From assembly GCA_964016885.1 (NCBI GenBank), contig OZ024740.1, positions 39,742,001-39,806,000 of the forward strand: DNA of 64,000 bases. The letters are read 5' to 3'. Positions 13,592-25,389 of this stretch are shown here, one piece after another. Source of the stretch: Eledone cirrhosa (taxonomy: Eukaryota). Each line of letters begins with the position of its first letter. Positions within the stretch are counted from its first letter, which is position 1. The translations under genes and the position numbers were made by a program. Under the pieces are notes generated by a model. That model saw nothing but the letters and a program-made list of their open reading frames with translations, ran no database searches and was not told where the DNA came from.

Positions 13592-13979
13592 CTGCAGAGC
13601 ATGTTGTCTGATGTTCCACAGATTATGCCAATCTAACACCCTCTTCTATCTATAATAATATACACAGACATGCAACTGTATAAAATAAATGCCTAGGTGA
13701 AGTGGATAAGAAATTGGGCTATCAGCTCATAAGCTACACTATCGACATTTGAGTATTTGGGAGACCGTACATCTTAATTTGTCAAATGTACTATTCTGGA
13801 GAGATTACTAACTTATCTGATTACGTCACAAAACCAGAGTTAAGCGTTTTTACCAACAGATGCTGTCTGTGAGGGGTGCAAACCCATGATGTCGTATGTC
13901 CGGCCTTGACAAGGTGGACTGTTATTTATACGTCTGTAAAAGTAAATAATAACAGATATCAACTTTAGCTGATCACATC

Positions 13980-14028
<49 letters not shown>

Positions 14029-14639
14029 CATACATATGGTGTATGTATATATGTGTGCGTACACCTAATGCTAGCCAAAGTGTCCCCCACCCATACACCA
14101 GCAAAAAAATTGGCGACAATTGTGTGTATCTGTTTTGTTCTGTGTGTATGTGTAACTTTATTTACACCCATAACCACTGATTCTGATTGTGGTTGTTATT
14201 GCTTTTGTCCAGTATCATTTCTTTTGATTTCTATTAATTCCCCAGGGAATATTTTGACCAACCGCTTTGGCTAATTGTTTTTATTTTTTTTTTATTTTGT
14301 TTTCTTTCTCTAAAGCTTTAGATATTCTCTTTGACAACAAAACTTTTTCATGGATCCCTAAAATACTACAAGGGTCCCCCAATTTACTATTTTTTTTATG
14401 GACCCCCAACTTTCTTATCTGGATCCCCAGGGCCACAATGACCCCAGTTGAAAACCATTGTCCTACATATCAATGATAGAGAAATGAAGAAAAAATAATT
14501 CCACTGCTTCATATCAAACCAGATGTGATACAAATATATCTTAAGTATGGTCATTTGATACCCAGTAGGGGTAATTATACTGATACCAAGGTAGAGATGA
14601 TCCTTTTCTGAGCACCAAGCATCACTTGGTTTGCCTCCC

Positions 14640-14990
14640 AGATGAACATCAATACGAGAAGCAATAGTTAAACTTGAGCGGATGGTTGGTCCACTCCTTC
14701 TCAAGTCTTGACTTTAAAATTTTGACTGAGGTTGTGTTAACTGTTTCTTGTTTCAGGTTGTTCCAGTTATTGATTGCATGTGCAGAAAAGAAGTGATTCC
14801 TAGGACTTTGTTGGTGTTGCACCTGGCGCTTCCGATTATGTCCTTGGGTAGTTCTGCTGAGTGCCTCTTTGAACAGTGCATTGCCACAGATGGGACACCT
14901 AGTGTACTGTATTTTATCAAACTCTTTTAGTATTTTAAAAGCCTGTATGATGTCTGCCCTCTGCCTCCTATACTCCAGTGGAAGTTATTT
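14640..14990 (-). mobile_element. CR1/L2-type LINE, 3' end of ORF2
   Basis: Minus translation LEYRRQRADIIQAFKILK...TTQGHNRK...RNHFFSAHAINNWNNLKQETVNTTSVKILKSRLEKEW matches the CR1 ORF2 C-terminal pattern RR.R.D.I..FKI...RGH...FFS.R.VN.WN.L. Confidence 0.85.
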
Positions 14991-15399
14991 TCAAAACAAG
15001 ATTAAACAGAAGTACATGAATAATCATTTCACAAAACATTTTGAAATGGATTTATTTATTGTTATCTGGTACTAGGAGTCTTGCTTGTAAACAAGATATA
15101 GCAAACAAAATATAGGATAATATACAAAGAAATTATTTTAATATTTCAAGATTATTTAAATGAGTTAAAGATAAATAGCTATAGAAATATTTTAATTGTT
15201 ACTATTTATAATTAAATAATGTTTAAAATTGTGAATAGATTTGACTTGTTAATTATTGTAAGGTACTAAAGTTTAGTTCACTTGGTGCTAACACATTTAA
15301 TGAAGAAAGCATTTGTAAAGGCTAACTAGAAATAATTATGTTGTGGAGAATAAAAAATAATAAATCACTTATATTATTTTCAATTTAAGAAGTATGGGA

Positions 15400-16550
15400 G
15401 ACAACTCTGGGTATATTTGACCTTGTTATGACCTCATCAGTGAAGGATACAATAGATGTCAGTTCAATACCAATTTTATTGATCCAATGCTGTAGATGTA
15501 TGTTCAATATCAGTTTTATTGGTACAGTACAGCAATTTGATTCCTCTTGTACCCAGTTTTTCTCTCAACCCATCCATGTTTTGCCATTCATGTATATTAA
15601 CATCACCCATTCATTACAGCATGCTCACTTCATTTTTCTTTCAATTTTCGCATATCCTCTGCAAATACTGCCCATGTTTCACTTCCATGCAACTTCACAC
15701 CAAATATTATACAGTCAGCCTTTCATTTGTAGAAAGAAACCTTTTGTTGTCAACAGAGGTAGTAGCTCCTTGAACTTTTTCCATCCTGTCTTATTTTAGC
15801 TATTATAATTTCAGAGCAATCTTCTTCATTGCTAATTCAGTCTTGTCTTCTTTCTACTTACCAAAACTTTGGTTATTGCCATGTTTACTCTAAGTCCTTT
15901 TAATTCTCACAAGCCGTTCACATAACACCTTTATATATATTACATACTGACATCTCCTCTGAGCATGGCTTGTACTGCTCTCATAAGTCACTTTTCTACA
16001 CCCAGTTTCCTTAAGAACCACTAGATGATCATGATACTCTGTTAAAGACCTTCTCCAGATCTACAAAAGCTAGGTATAGCATCTTACACTTGGCTAGGAA
16101 CTTCTCTTGTAGTTGTCTCACTAAAAGGAGGGCACAAAACTAAATTGTATCTAATCTAATTAGACTCTTTGCTTATTTAGTTGTGCTTATTTTTGTCATT
16201 CTCATCAATCAATCCATTAGTTTTATGCCTCTAATGCTCCATTTTAGAATATCACATTTTCTTTGTAACAATTAATGATTATACTGCTATGTCAGCCATT
16301 GGTTTGACACCATCATGTATTATCCTATTGATTATATGGGCCACTAATTTGACTCATACTTCCCAGTTGATTTCAGCAACAATCTCCAACATATCAGCAT
16401 TTTGCATCCCTTTGATTGCTTCTTTGACCCTGTAATTGGCAACTTTGATAGCCAGTCCCTCTGTTAAACCTACTCACATAATAACATTTCCAAGCCTCTT
16501 TATTCTGAGTATCAGTAAGGCTAAATGCACCAGTGTCATTCCAAATAGAT
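15400..16550 (-). mobile_element. Decayed RTE LINE, RT region, antisense copy
   Basis: Reverse complement aligns by eye with 18480-20200 (e.g. RTGWKKFKELLPLL, FVDLEKVF). Confidence 0.8.
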
Positions 16551-16551
16551 T

Positions 16552-17145
16552 TGTAGCAACGTGGTTAGTCAGTCTAGTCACTACTTCTGATCAGATCCGA
16601 GAATAGTCCTTAGAAGGACTGTTATTGCATACGGTCTGATCAGATCCTAAGATAGCCCTTAAAAGGACTGTTGTCGCATATAGCCCTTAAAAGAACTGTT
16701 GAAGATGGACAGACGAAAGCACAAGTTGAAAGGACGAAGCAAGGCGAGATGTAAATTCGATCAGCTATTTATTTTCACATGAAGCGACGATACGAGGTAC
16801 AAAGCGTGGCAGAGGTGAGGAACAACGATGCGCTAGCTGACTCTGCCAAAAGTCGACTAGCGAAGTGTTTGGAACCACTCTATTTATACAGAAACAATCG
16901 TTTGATGTTTAGCCGCTGTGTAGGCGTTTATTCTGGTAGGTTCTAAGGGTTCTGTATTTTCCTTCTGCGGCGGAATGGTGTTACGGAGGTAAGTTGGCTG
17001 AAGTGTGAGCCAATCGAAACCTTCGGTGCACTAATTGGACTGTCCAGAACTACGTCACCAGGTGAGCGGAGGTAACCAAGAGAGACATTAGTCTACACGC
17101 ACCTCTCTTATCGACAAGACCAGGCTACACTCATCGCTGCTAACA
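16552..17145 (-). mobile_element. LTR (Gypsy/BEL-like), probably a 3' LTR with residual internal sequence to its right
   Basis: TGTAGCA...TGCTAACA inverted termini; minus-strand TATAAATA (about 16885) upstream of AATAAA (about 16770); degenerate purine tract next to 17146; no TSD. Confidence 0.65.
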
Positions 17146-17415
17146 ACATCTCCATCTTGCAATGAAGCGGACCAAACTACATCCTACACATGTAGATACG
17201 ACCTGTACCTATCCGTTCAACATGTACGACTAATAAATAGAGTTACAACATCGATAATGGATTTAGTCAATGTTCTAAATGCCTTCTGATTTCTATTATG
17301 TATACCAAGAATTGACCCTAAAACCCGTTATATTTTCACGTAAACATTTTATTTTACATAATTACCTCACATAATATTGAATCTAGGAGATTTTGATATT
17401 ATTTATTTAGAGAAC

Positions 17416-17656
17416 TGTAGCCGGGGGCATTCGGACTTACCTTGCGTCTCTCTGGTCCACATGGGGGTACTTTCCGCTTGTGTCTGTCTTCACACGTCTG
17501 TTACCTTCCAGGGCATATGGCTAAGAGGCCTCTGTTGACTGCCTGGTCCCTCGAGTCACCCCTGTCCTCCTGCTTCCGTTCAGGCGTCCCACAACTTCCG
17601 GCAATCCCCCTCCCATGGCAGCTCTAAATCCCCCTCTATCTCACGGCAGCCCCACA
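17416..17656. mobile_element. 241-bp TG...CA insertion (short solo LTR or TRIM-like) with a 5-bp TSD
   Basis: AGAAC at 17411-17415 and 17657-17661; GC-rich; interrupts a piggyBac MITE whose empty site (TTTTGAGAACAATACCTTAA) is intact at about 29157. Confidence 0.85.
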
Positions 17657-17849
17657 AGAACAATACCTTAACATCAGTATGAGCAGCTGGTTATGGCCAG
17701 TTTAAACAGAAAGAGATAAGAGAATTCTGGCCGGATATGGCCGGTTTAAATACTAAACAGTTAATTAGACTTAATTGTGGTGTATAGCTAGTAATAATCA
17801 TTATCATTCTATAACTATTCTGAGTTTAATAATTCTTCACTTACTCTAA

Positions 17850-18115
17850 CTACCTTAATAACCTTATCTCTCCACATCTCAGCTATTAAAACACCCATTC
17901 CATCTAACTCATCATCATTTTCTGCCCAGAAGATCTTATATCTATTCTGTTTGCCTGTGAATAGCCTGGCTGAGGCTCCCCTTCATCTCATCTCATTTTT
18001 TGTACACAGCATACATCCACTCATCTCATCTTTAGCATCTCCACAACTTCTCCAGATTTACTTTTCAGAGGGCCCATATTAAATGTGGCAACCCTGAGAT
18101 GTGTTGCCACAATAG
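17850..18115 (-). mobile_element. RTE LINE, start of AP-endonuclease domain
   Basis: LRVATFNMGPLKSKSGEVVEMLKMR is an APE motif I (T.NV.TL) region; likely the 5' part of the 15400-16550 copy. Confidence 0.7.
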
Positions 18116-18269
18116 TGGTTGGTTCATTTACTGATAGCATCTTTCTGTACCTCAAAGGGAAAGTGGTTGTACAATTACTTGATGACAGCTGTGGGGTCTC
18201 ACACATGACTACTCCAGAAACACACAATAAATGAGTGTGTGTGTGTGGTAGATGAGGCATTTAAGGCTA

Positions 18270-20290
18270 AGAGACAGGCATAGAAAGAATGGTAGAACGG
18301 GGGTAGCAGGGTACATTACATAGACCAGGAGGGAAGCTAGGCGACAAGTATACTTAGCTAGAAGGGAAGCAGAAGATGGAAAATTCAAGCATGTTTTGCA
18401 ACGTGAGGACCAGAAACAGGAGATGTTCAAGATTGCGAGGCAGTGTGTCAGAGAGAATTGTGATGTCATTGGAGAGAAGTGTATCTGGAATGATAATGTG
18501 AGCTTGCCCTCACAAGTGCCGAGAAGAAAGCTGCGGGGAAGAGCCATTATGATAGATTACTAAATGAGGAGAATGCATGGGAAAAAGAGACCCTACCCCA
18601 AGCAGACCCTATAGAGGGGCCAGCAGTACAAGTCAGCAGCAGCGTAGTAAGTAAGGAAATCAAAGATATGAAGACAGGAAGGCAACCAATCCATCGGGTA
18701 TAGCTGCCGAGATGTTGAAGGCATCTGGGTCGGTAGGTCACACTATAACCACACAAATTGTTAACCAGGTAATACTAGAAGGTATCATACCAAAGGATTG
18801 GTGCAGCAGCATCATTGTCAACTGCTACAAAGGTAAAGGTGATGCACTAGATAGAGGAAACTATAGAGGTATAAAGCTGATGGACCGGGTCATGAAAGTA
18901 ACAGAAAGAGTTATAGCACAGTTGATTAGGGACCAGGTGAAACTAGATGAGAGGCAATTTGGGTTTGTACCAGGAAAAGGCACTACTGACGCCCTCTTCC
19001 TTGTGAGGCAGTTATAGGAAAAGTACCTAGCTAAAAGTAAGCCGCTCCACCTGGCATTCGTCAATCTGGAAAAAGCCTTTGACAGAGTTCCACGTGCTGT
19101 AATCTGGTGGTCTCTTAGAAAACTAGGAGTAGATGAATGGCTTGTGAAAGCGGTACAAGCCATGTATAGGGGAGCAGTCAACAAAGTTAGGATTAGCAAT
19201 GACTATAGCGAGGAATTTAGCATACAGGTTGGTGTCCACCAGGGCTCTGTTCTTAACCCTCTCCTGTTCATTATAGTTTTCCAGGCAATAACGGAGGAGT
19301 TTAAGACCAGGTGCCCATGGGAACTCCTGTATGCGGATGATCTCCCACTTATAGCTGAATCCATGGTAGAACTACAGAAGAAATTCCAAACATGGAAGCA
19401 GGGACTAGAAAGAAAGGGTCTCAAAGTCAACATGACAAAGACTAAGGTCCTTGTAAGTAGACGAGAAAACCGAACCCAGATCCCCTCAGGGAAATAGCCT
19501 TGCTCAGTATGTAGGAAAGGTGTAGGTAGGAACTCCATCCTCTGCCCCAAATGCAAACAATGGGTTCACAAGAGATGTAGTGGGATCTCAGGAAGCTTAA
19601 CTAAGAATGTAGGCTTCACATGTAGCAGCTGTGCTGGGACAGCAAGCAGCAAATCAACACAGGAATCAAGCACCACCAAACTCTGGGAGGGCTCTGTAGA
19701 AACAGTAGACAGCTTCTGCTACCTAGGTGACCGAATTAGCAGCGGAGGTGGGTGTTTGGAAAGTACAATAACTAGAGTAAGAATGGGATGGAAGAAGTTC
19801 AGGGAGTTACTGCCACTGCTAGCTGCAAAAGGCTTCTCCCTCAAAATGAAAGGCAGTCTGTATGATGCGTGTATCCGAACAGCAATGTTACATGGTAGTG
19901 AGACCTGGGTGCTGTCTGTAGAAGACTTGCGCAGATTAGAAAGAAACGAAGCCTGCATGCTCCGATGGATGTGTAATAGTAATATACGCGAACAGCAAAG
20001 CATAAACGAATTGAGAGAGAGACTGAGCATAAGAGGAATCAAATTCTGTGCGCAAGAGAGGAGGTTATGTTGGCATGGACGTGATGCATATGAAGGATGA
20101 CAGCTGCATAAAAAGGTGCAGAGCACTAGAAGTCGATGGAAACCACGGAGTGGGGAGACCCAAGAAGACCTGGGATGAGGTGATAAAGGCCGACCTTTCC
20201 CAATTGCACCTCTCAAGGGCAATGACATATGACCATGACCTCTAGTGTCACGCAGTAATACAGAAGACCCTCCCCCCACAGGAACAAGCC
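18270..20290 (+). mobile_element. 5'-truncated RTE LINE with a nearly complete RT domain (few stops or frameshifts)
   Basis: NYRGIKL, QFGFVPGKGTTDA, FVNLEKAFDRVP, GVHQGSVLNPLLF, LLYADDL, YLGD, GRPKKTW motifs. Confidence 0.95.
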
Positions 20291-20647
20291 AAAGCTGAAG
20301 CATATAGACAATATGAGAAAACTCTTCACTAGAACAGCCGTTAAAACAGCTAAATACTATTAAAGACAGCAATGAGAAAAATGCCTGAGAGGACAGAGAC
20401 CAGCGGCCAGTGGTCAACAGACAGAGACCAGCGGCCAGTGGTCAGCAGAGAGACAATCCACAAAGTGGGTGACAAGTAGATGAAATATAGAAAAAACTGA
20501 AAGAGGAGAAAAAGAGGTGCGTTGGTGCATGGAAGTGACTGGAAGAAGAAAATAAAGAAAGGCGATGTACAAGACAAGATTACACACACACATCTTCCCC
20601 TCATCAACTCTCAAACCAGCAAAATGGTTTTGGATGATTTTGAAAAC

Positions 20648-21190
20648 CCAGCAATAATCAAGGGAAAGCATTGTTCGGATGGGAGCCAGAGTTCAAAATG
20701 AATTGACAATTATCGTCTGCTGCTTCTGCTGGAATCCATTAGATGGCGCTGGCCGTCAGCCTTCTATTCATTGCTGGGCTTTCAAAATGTTTATTTATTA
20801 AACAGACCATATATCTTTAGATATACAAAATCTACATACATGTATGTATACAGCTATGCCGAAACTAAATTTTAATTCTACTTTTAAGTTGAGCCAACTT
20901 ATACAGCTTCATATGCAAATGAGGCTAATTAGCTTACCTACTCAGGCGAAAAAACTATGTTTTCCCCTGTTTCAAATTCCAGCAGTAATCAAGGGAAAGC
21001 ATTGTTCGGATAAGAGCCAGAGTTCAAAATGCATTGACAATTATCCTCTGCTGCTCTGCTGGAATTTGCTAGATGGCGCTGGCCATCAGCCTTCTATTCA
21101 TAACTGGGCTTTCAAAATGTTTATTTATTAAACATACTGTATATCTTTAGATATACAAAATTCGTATACAGCTATGCCGAAGCTAAATTT
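20648..21190. repeat. Local direct duplication of about 220 bp (20648-20872 and 20979-21190)
   Basis: CCAGCA(A/G)TAATCAAGGGAAAGCATTGTTCGGAT...CAGCTATGCCGAA occurs twice. Confidence 0.9.
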
Positions 21191-21465
21191 GAAATATATA
21201 TATATACATATATACACACACATACATATGTACATTGAAGGTCAATAATAGATAAAGGTAATTAAAAATTCAATGAAATAATACTTAGGACAGTTAACAA
21301 CTATAGGCCATGTTTGTTGACATTTTTACATGAATTTGTGGAATGTTTTAGCATTTATTATGCTCTTTGATCTGATTAGCAATGACTTGCAAAAAAGGTT
21401 TGAATGCATAAAAAAATAGACATTAAAATGATGATGATGATAGTGATAATTAATAGAATTTATAA

Positions 21466-21501
<36 letters not shown>

Positions 21502-22239
21502 ACAATTTAGAAATGAGAAAAAAGTACACACTCAATCACACACCTCAACAAGGGATGGTGGAGTTTCCCTCTAATAATTTTTTAGGCAAGCCAATACATT
21601 CACAACACTGCTGTAGGTGATGGCAAGACTAAGATGCTAGAATAGCCAAGTATGTTCATGGACAAATATAGGGCCTATGAGAGAAGGTCTAGTCAGTACT
21701 TTGTTCTGCGGCCCAAGAGCTAAGAAGGCTCCACAGCAACCATGCAACATCCATTTTGAGTAAAATCTTTGCCTGCTTCAGGCCCCAAAGGTGTCTTGTA
21801 CTGCCTTGCAAAATTTCTCTTGGTGGTCCTGGACAAATAAATATAAATGATATTGGTAGAAACTAAATCACTAATATAGCGGATCCCAAAAATATTTTGT
21901 TGTGGAAATTTTATACGATTTTCCAAAGGTCACAGGTTCCCTCCCTATAATTTACAGGCAATTCACATGGCTTTAATTTTAATAAGACATTAAATGAAAC
22001 AAAAACTGTTTAGAGAGATAAATTATTCATATAAAAAAAAATACAATAAAATATTTATAAAAATGTTATTTATAGACACCTTATCTCACAGATCTAATTT
22101 GGGAAACCCTGGAAAACAAAACACATTAACATATTGTAGCTAATATATTTTTAGTAAAGGTTCATACAATAAAAATATAGTACAATTGTTAGTTTACCAT
22201 GAGAAGTGAAAATTCAACATTTGGAGCACAGAGAGAAAA

Positions 22240-22470
22240 ATGTATCTGTATACCAATAGCACACTTGTATAAATACTATTTTATGTCTTTATACCATTAG
22301 TAACTGTGTTGCTGGTATAGATACTATTATATGTCTGTATACCAATAGTAACTGTGACACTGGTATATATACTGTTATATGTCTGTATACCAATAGTACT
22401 TGTGACACTGGTATATATACTATTATATATCTGTATTCCAATAGTAACTGTGACACTGGTATAGATACTA
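22240..22470. repeat. About 48-bp tandem repeat, about 5 copies
   Basis: TATACCAATAGTAACTGTGACACTGGTATA.ATACTATTATATGTCTG. Confidence 0.85.
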
Positions 22471-22681
22471 TTTTTTCATTCCAAAGAAGAATAGGTCTCT
22501 GAAATGTTAGATAATTCACTCCTCAACACAAACTAACCATTGCGCCTTAGTTTTTTCTTTAACTACAAATTTGTGTAGCTTAAGATTTGCTGACACAACC
22601 ACCACCACCAGCCAACCCAACCCCAGTCCCAGTCCCACCCCCAGTTTGCTTGGACTCCTTACATTATGAAATTATAATATA

Positions 22682-23075
22682 CAGGGTGACTCAAAAACAA
22701 TTGCCATCATTTATATTTTTGTCTACATTATTCATTTTTTGACAGAAACTGATGAAACTCTGACTATATTTAGGTCAAACCATAAAAAAACATATCATCA
22801 TAAATTCAGCACATGTTCCTAATAATCTCCATTTGAATCCATGCTTTTTTGAGACGCATGGCAAAGTTTAGTATAACGTCTTTGCAAATAGACATTGGGA
22901 TGGCTCTGATCTCTTCTCTGATGTTTTTCTTTAGTTCAGTGATGGTCCTTGGTTTTTTTATATATATATCCTATCCATCATATATCTCCAAAGAAAGAAA
23001 TCCGAAGGACTTAAATCAGGGCTGTGTGGGGCCCACTCAAAATCAGTCTTCAAACTGATCACATGATTACCAAAG
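22682..23075 (-). mobile_element. Tc1/mariner transposon remnant (transposase C-terminus plus terminus)
   Basis: Minus translation EWAPHSPDLSPSDFFLWRYMMDRIYIKKPRTITELKKNIREEIRAI (WPPxSPDLxPxDFFLW motif); ends TA|CAGGGTG. Confidence 0.88.
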
Positions 23076-23127
23076 TAATGTACTGGGTAATTGCTGGCCT
23101 TGTGCCTAAAGTAGAAACAATATTTTT

Positions 23128-23322
23128 GCATGGTGGTGGATTGGCAGTATTGGTAGAGGGTCGGACGCTATGCTTTGACACATAGAGTTATGGCTCTTGC
23201 CATTCTGAGTTTGAATCTCGCCGAGGTTAACTTTGCCTTTCATCCTTACGGGGTCGATAAAATAAAGTACCAGTAATACACTGGGTATTTGCTGGCCTTG
23301 TGCCAAAAAGTAGAAACAATTA
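23128..23322 (+). mobile_element. tRNA-derived SINE copy
   Basis: GGTGGATTGGCAG (A-box-like)...GAGTTTGAATC (B-box-like)...GGCCTTGTGCCAAAAAGTAGAAACAATTAT. Confidence 0.85.
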
Positions 23323-23325
23323 TTT

Positions 23326-23715
23326 TTGCATAAGAGAGGGTTTAGTGGCAGTTGGGTATGTTTTACGGTTTTCGGTAGCAATCTGTAAAACAAATTATTT
23401 CTGTTTCATCTTTTGTGAGAATGTAATTGTAATCCTGAATGAGTTTGACACCTTTCTGCAACATCATTCACAACAACTGTCTTCTCAAATTTTTCAAGTC
23501 CACATTTGTAACCAGGATCATCCTTCCATGTTGAAGGGAAATCGGTGCTAATAGAAAATCTTGTGAAGAAATTTTTTGTATCAGGAATTACAGAAGACAA
23601 AAACTTGATGTTTGTAAAAGAGAAGTCATTTTGGTGCAGAATGTACCTCTTCAGTTGATATTTTTTCTTCTTCCTCTTCTTCACCTTTGTCTGCTTCCAG
23701 CATACTTGAGCAATA
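23326..23715 (-). mobile_element. Frameshifted C-terminal fragment of a transposase-like protein of the VNDxAERGVKLI type
   Basis: TVVVNDVAER/GVKLIQDYNYILTKDETE/FVLQIATENRKTYP after correcting two frameshifts; superfamily uncertain. Confidence 0.65.
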
Positions 23716-23719
23716 TTTG

Positions 23720-24585
23720 CCTTAACCTCTCCTTGCTCTCCTTTTCTCATTGCTCTGCTTGCTCTCCTTTTATCCTTACTTTCCTTGCTCTCTTTGCCCC
23801 CCTTTTCTCCTTGCTCTCTTTGCTTTTCTTTTCTCCTTGCTCTCTTTGCTTTCCTTTTCTCCTTGCTCTCATTGCTCTCCTTTTCTCATTGCTCTCCTTT
23901 TCTCGTTGCTTTCCTTTTATCCATGCTCTCCTTGCTCTCCTTTTATCCTTGCTCTCCTCGCTCTCTGTTCTCCTTGCTCTCTTTTTCTCATTGCTCTCCT
24001 TTTATCCTTGCTCTCTATGCTCTCCTTGCTCTCTTTTTCTCATCGCTCTCCTTTTCTCATTGCTGTCCTTGCTCTTCTTTTTTCATTTTCTCCATGCTCT
24101 CCTTGCTCTCCTTTTATCCTTGCTTTCCTTGCTCTCTTTTCTCATTAGTCTCCTTGCTCTCCTTTTCTCATTGCTCTCCTTTTCTCCTTGCTCTCCTTAC
24201 TCTCCTTTACTCGTTGCTCTCCTTTTCTCATTGCTCACCTTTTATCCATGCTCTCCTTGCTGTCCTTGCTCTCCTTGCTCTCCTTTTCTTATTGTTCTCC
24301 TTGCTGTCTTTTTCTCATTGCTCTCCTTTTCTCATTGCTGTCCTTGCTCTACTTGTTCTCCTTGCTCTTCTTTTCTCATTGCTCTCCTTTTATCCATGCT
24401 CTCCTTGCTCTCTCTTTCTCCTTGCTCTCGTTTTATCCATTCTCTCCTTGCTCTCCTTTTCTCATTGCTCCCCTTGCTCTCCCTTTCTCATTGCTCTCTT
24501 TTTATCATTGCTCTCCTTGCTCTCCCTTTCTCGTTGCTCTCCTTTTCTCATTTCTCTCCTTTTCTCCTTGCTCTCCCTTTCTCCT
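23720..24585. repeat. Pyrimidine-rich degenerate repeat (TTGCTCTCC / TTTTCTCA)
   Basis: Direct reading; accounts for the Leu/Ser/Phe ORFs at 23631-24751. Confidence 0.92.
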
Positions 24586-24705
24586 ATCTATGTACTTGTT
24601 TATATACAAATACAATGAGAAAAGGGGAGCAAGGAGAAATATGAAAGCAAGGATAGTAAAGAGAGTATATATATATATATACAAATCAGATATATATATG
24701 TATAT

Positions 24706-24931
24706 ATGGAGGATGACTGCTGGGTTAAGAAGTGTCAAGAAATCCCAGTAGAAGGAAGATACAGTAGAGGAAGACCACAAAAAACATGGGCGGAGGTGGT
24801 GAGAGCAGACCTCAGGTCGCTGAAGCTCACGGAGGAGATGACGAAGGACCGTGACAAGTGGAGAGATGCTGTACTGAATAGGACCTGTCCCACCCTTGCA
24901 AGCAGGGAAAAGTGGACGTAAAATGATGATG

Positions 24932-24933
<2 letters not shown>
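24706..24933 (+). mobile_element. RTE LINE 3' end with (ATG)n tail
   Basis: RGRPQKTW...DRDKWR followed by CCCACCCTTGCAAGCAGGGAAAAGTGGACGTAAAATGATGATGAT. Confidence 0.88.
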
Positions 24934-24967
<34 letters not shown>

Positions 24968-25004
24968 CTCTATACCACGTGATAATGTGTGTGTGTGTGT
25001 TTGA

Positions 25005-25250
25005 CAGCTCACACCTATGCAGGTTTAGCTGGCCTCCTCCAAGATATATCTCGTTGGAGGTGTCTTGGGTAATTTAATGATATGGACCCCAGTCCTATCA
25101 TCTCATTTCTACAGCTGAGTAAACTGGAGCAACGTGAAATAAAGTGTCTTGCTCAAGGAAACAACACATCACCCGGTCCGAGAATTGAACTCACAAGCTT
25201 TCGATTGCAAGCCCAATGCTCTAACCACTAAGCCATGCGCCTTCACTCAT
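25005..25250 (-). mobile_element. tRNA-derived SINE, second family
   Basis: Minus GCGCATGGCTTAGTGGTTAGAGC...GAGTTCAATTC (A and B boxes); TCCTTGAGCAAGACACTTTATTTCACGTTGCTCCAG shared with 44250-44310. Confidence 0.8.
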
Positions 25251-25389
25251 GTGATAGTAGAAAGATTTAAATGTACATTAATTGCTTGACGATATATTTC
25301 TAAATACTATTTTGAATAAATTATAAATATGATTTCAATGGAAACAATATTGTGATTGTAATAATTAAACTTAGACAAACCTTAGGCAA

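Noticed and set aside
14758-14930. Plus-strand exon after tttcttgtttcag, as a gene divergent from p38
   Set aside because: The region is the antisense of a CR1 ORF2 3' end.
23631-24751. Multi-pass membrane-protein-like Leu/Ser/Phe ORFs
   Set aside because: Low-complexity pyrimidine repeat, open in all three plus frames.
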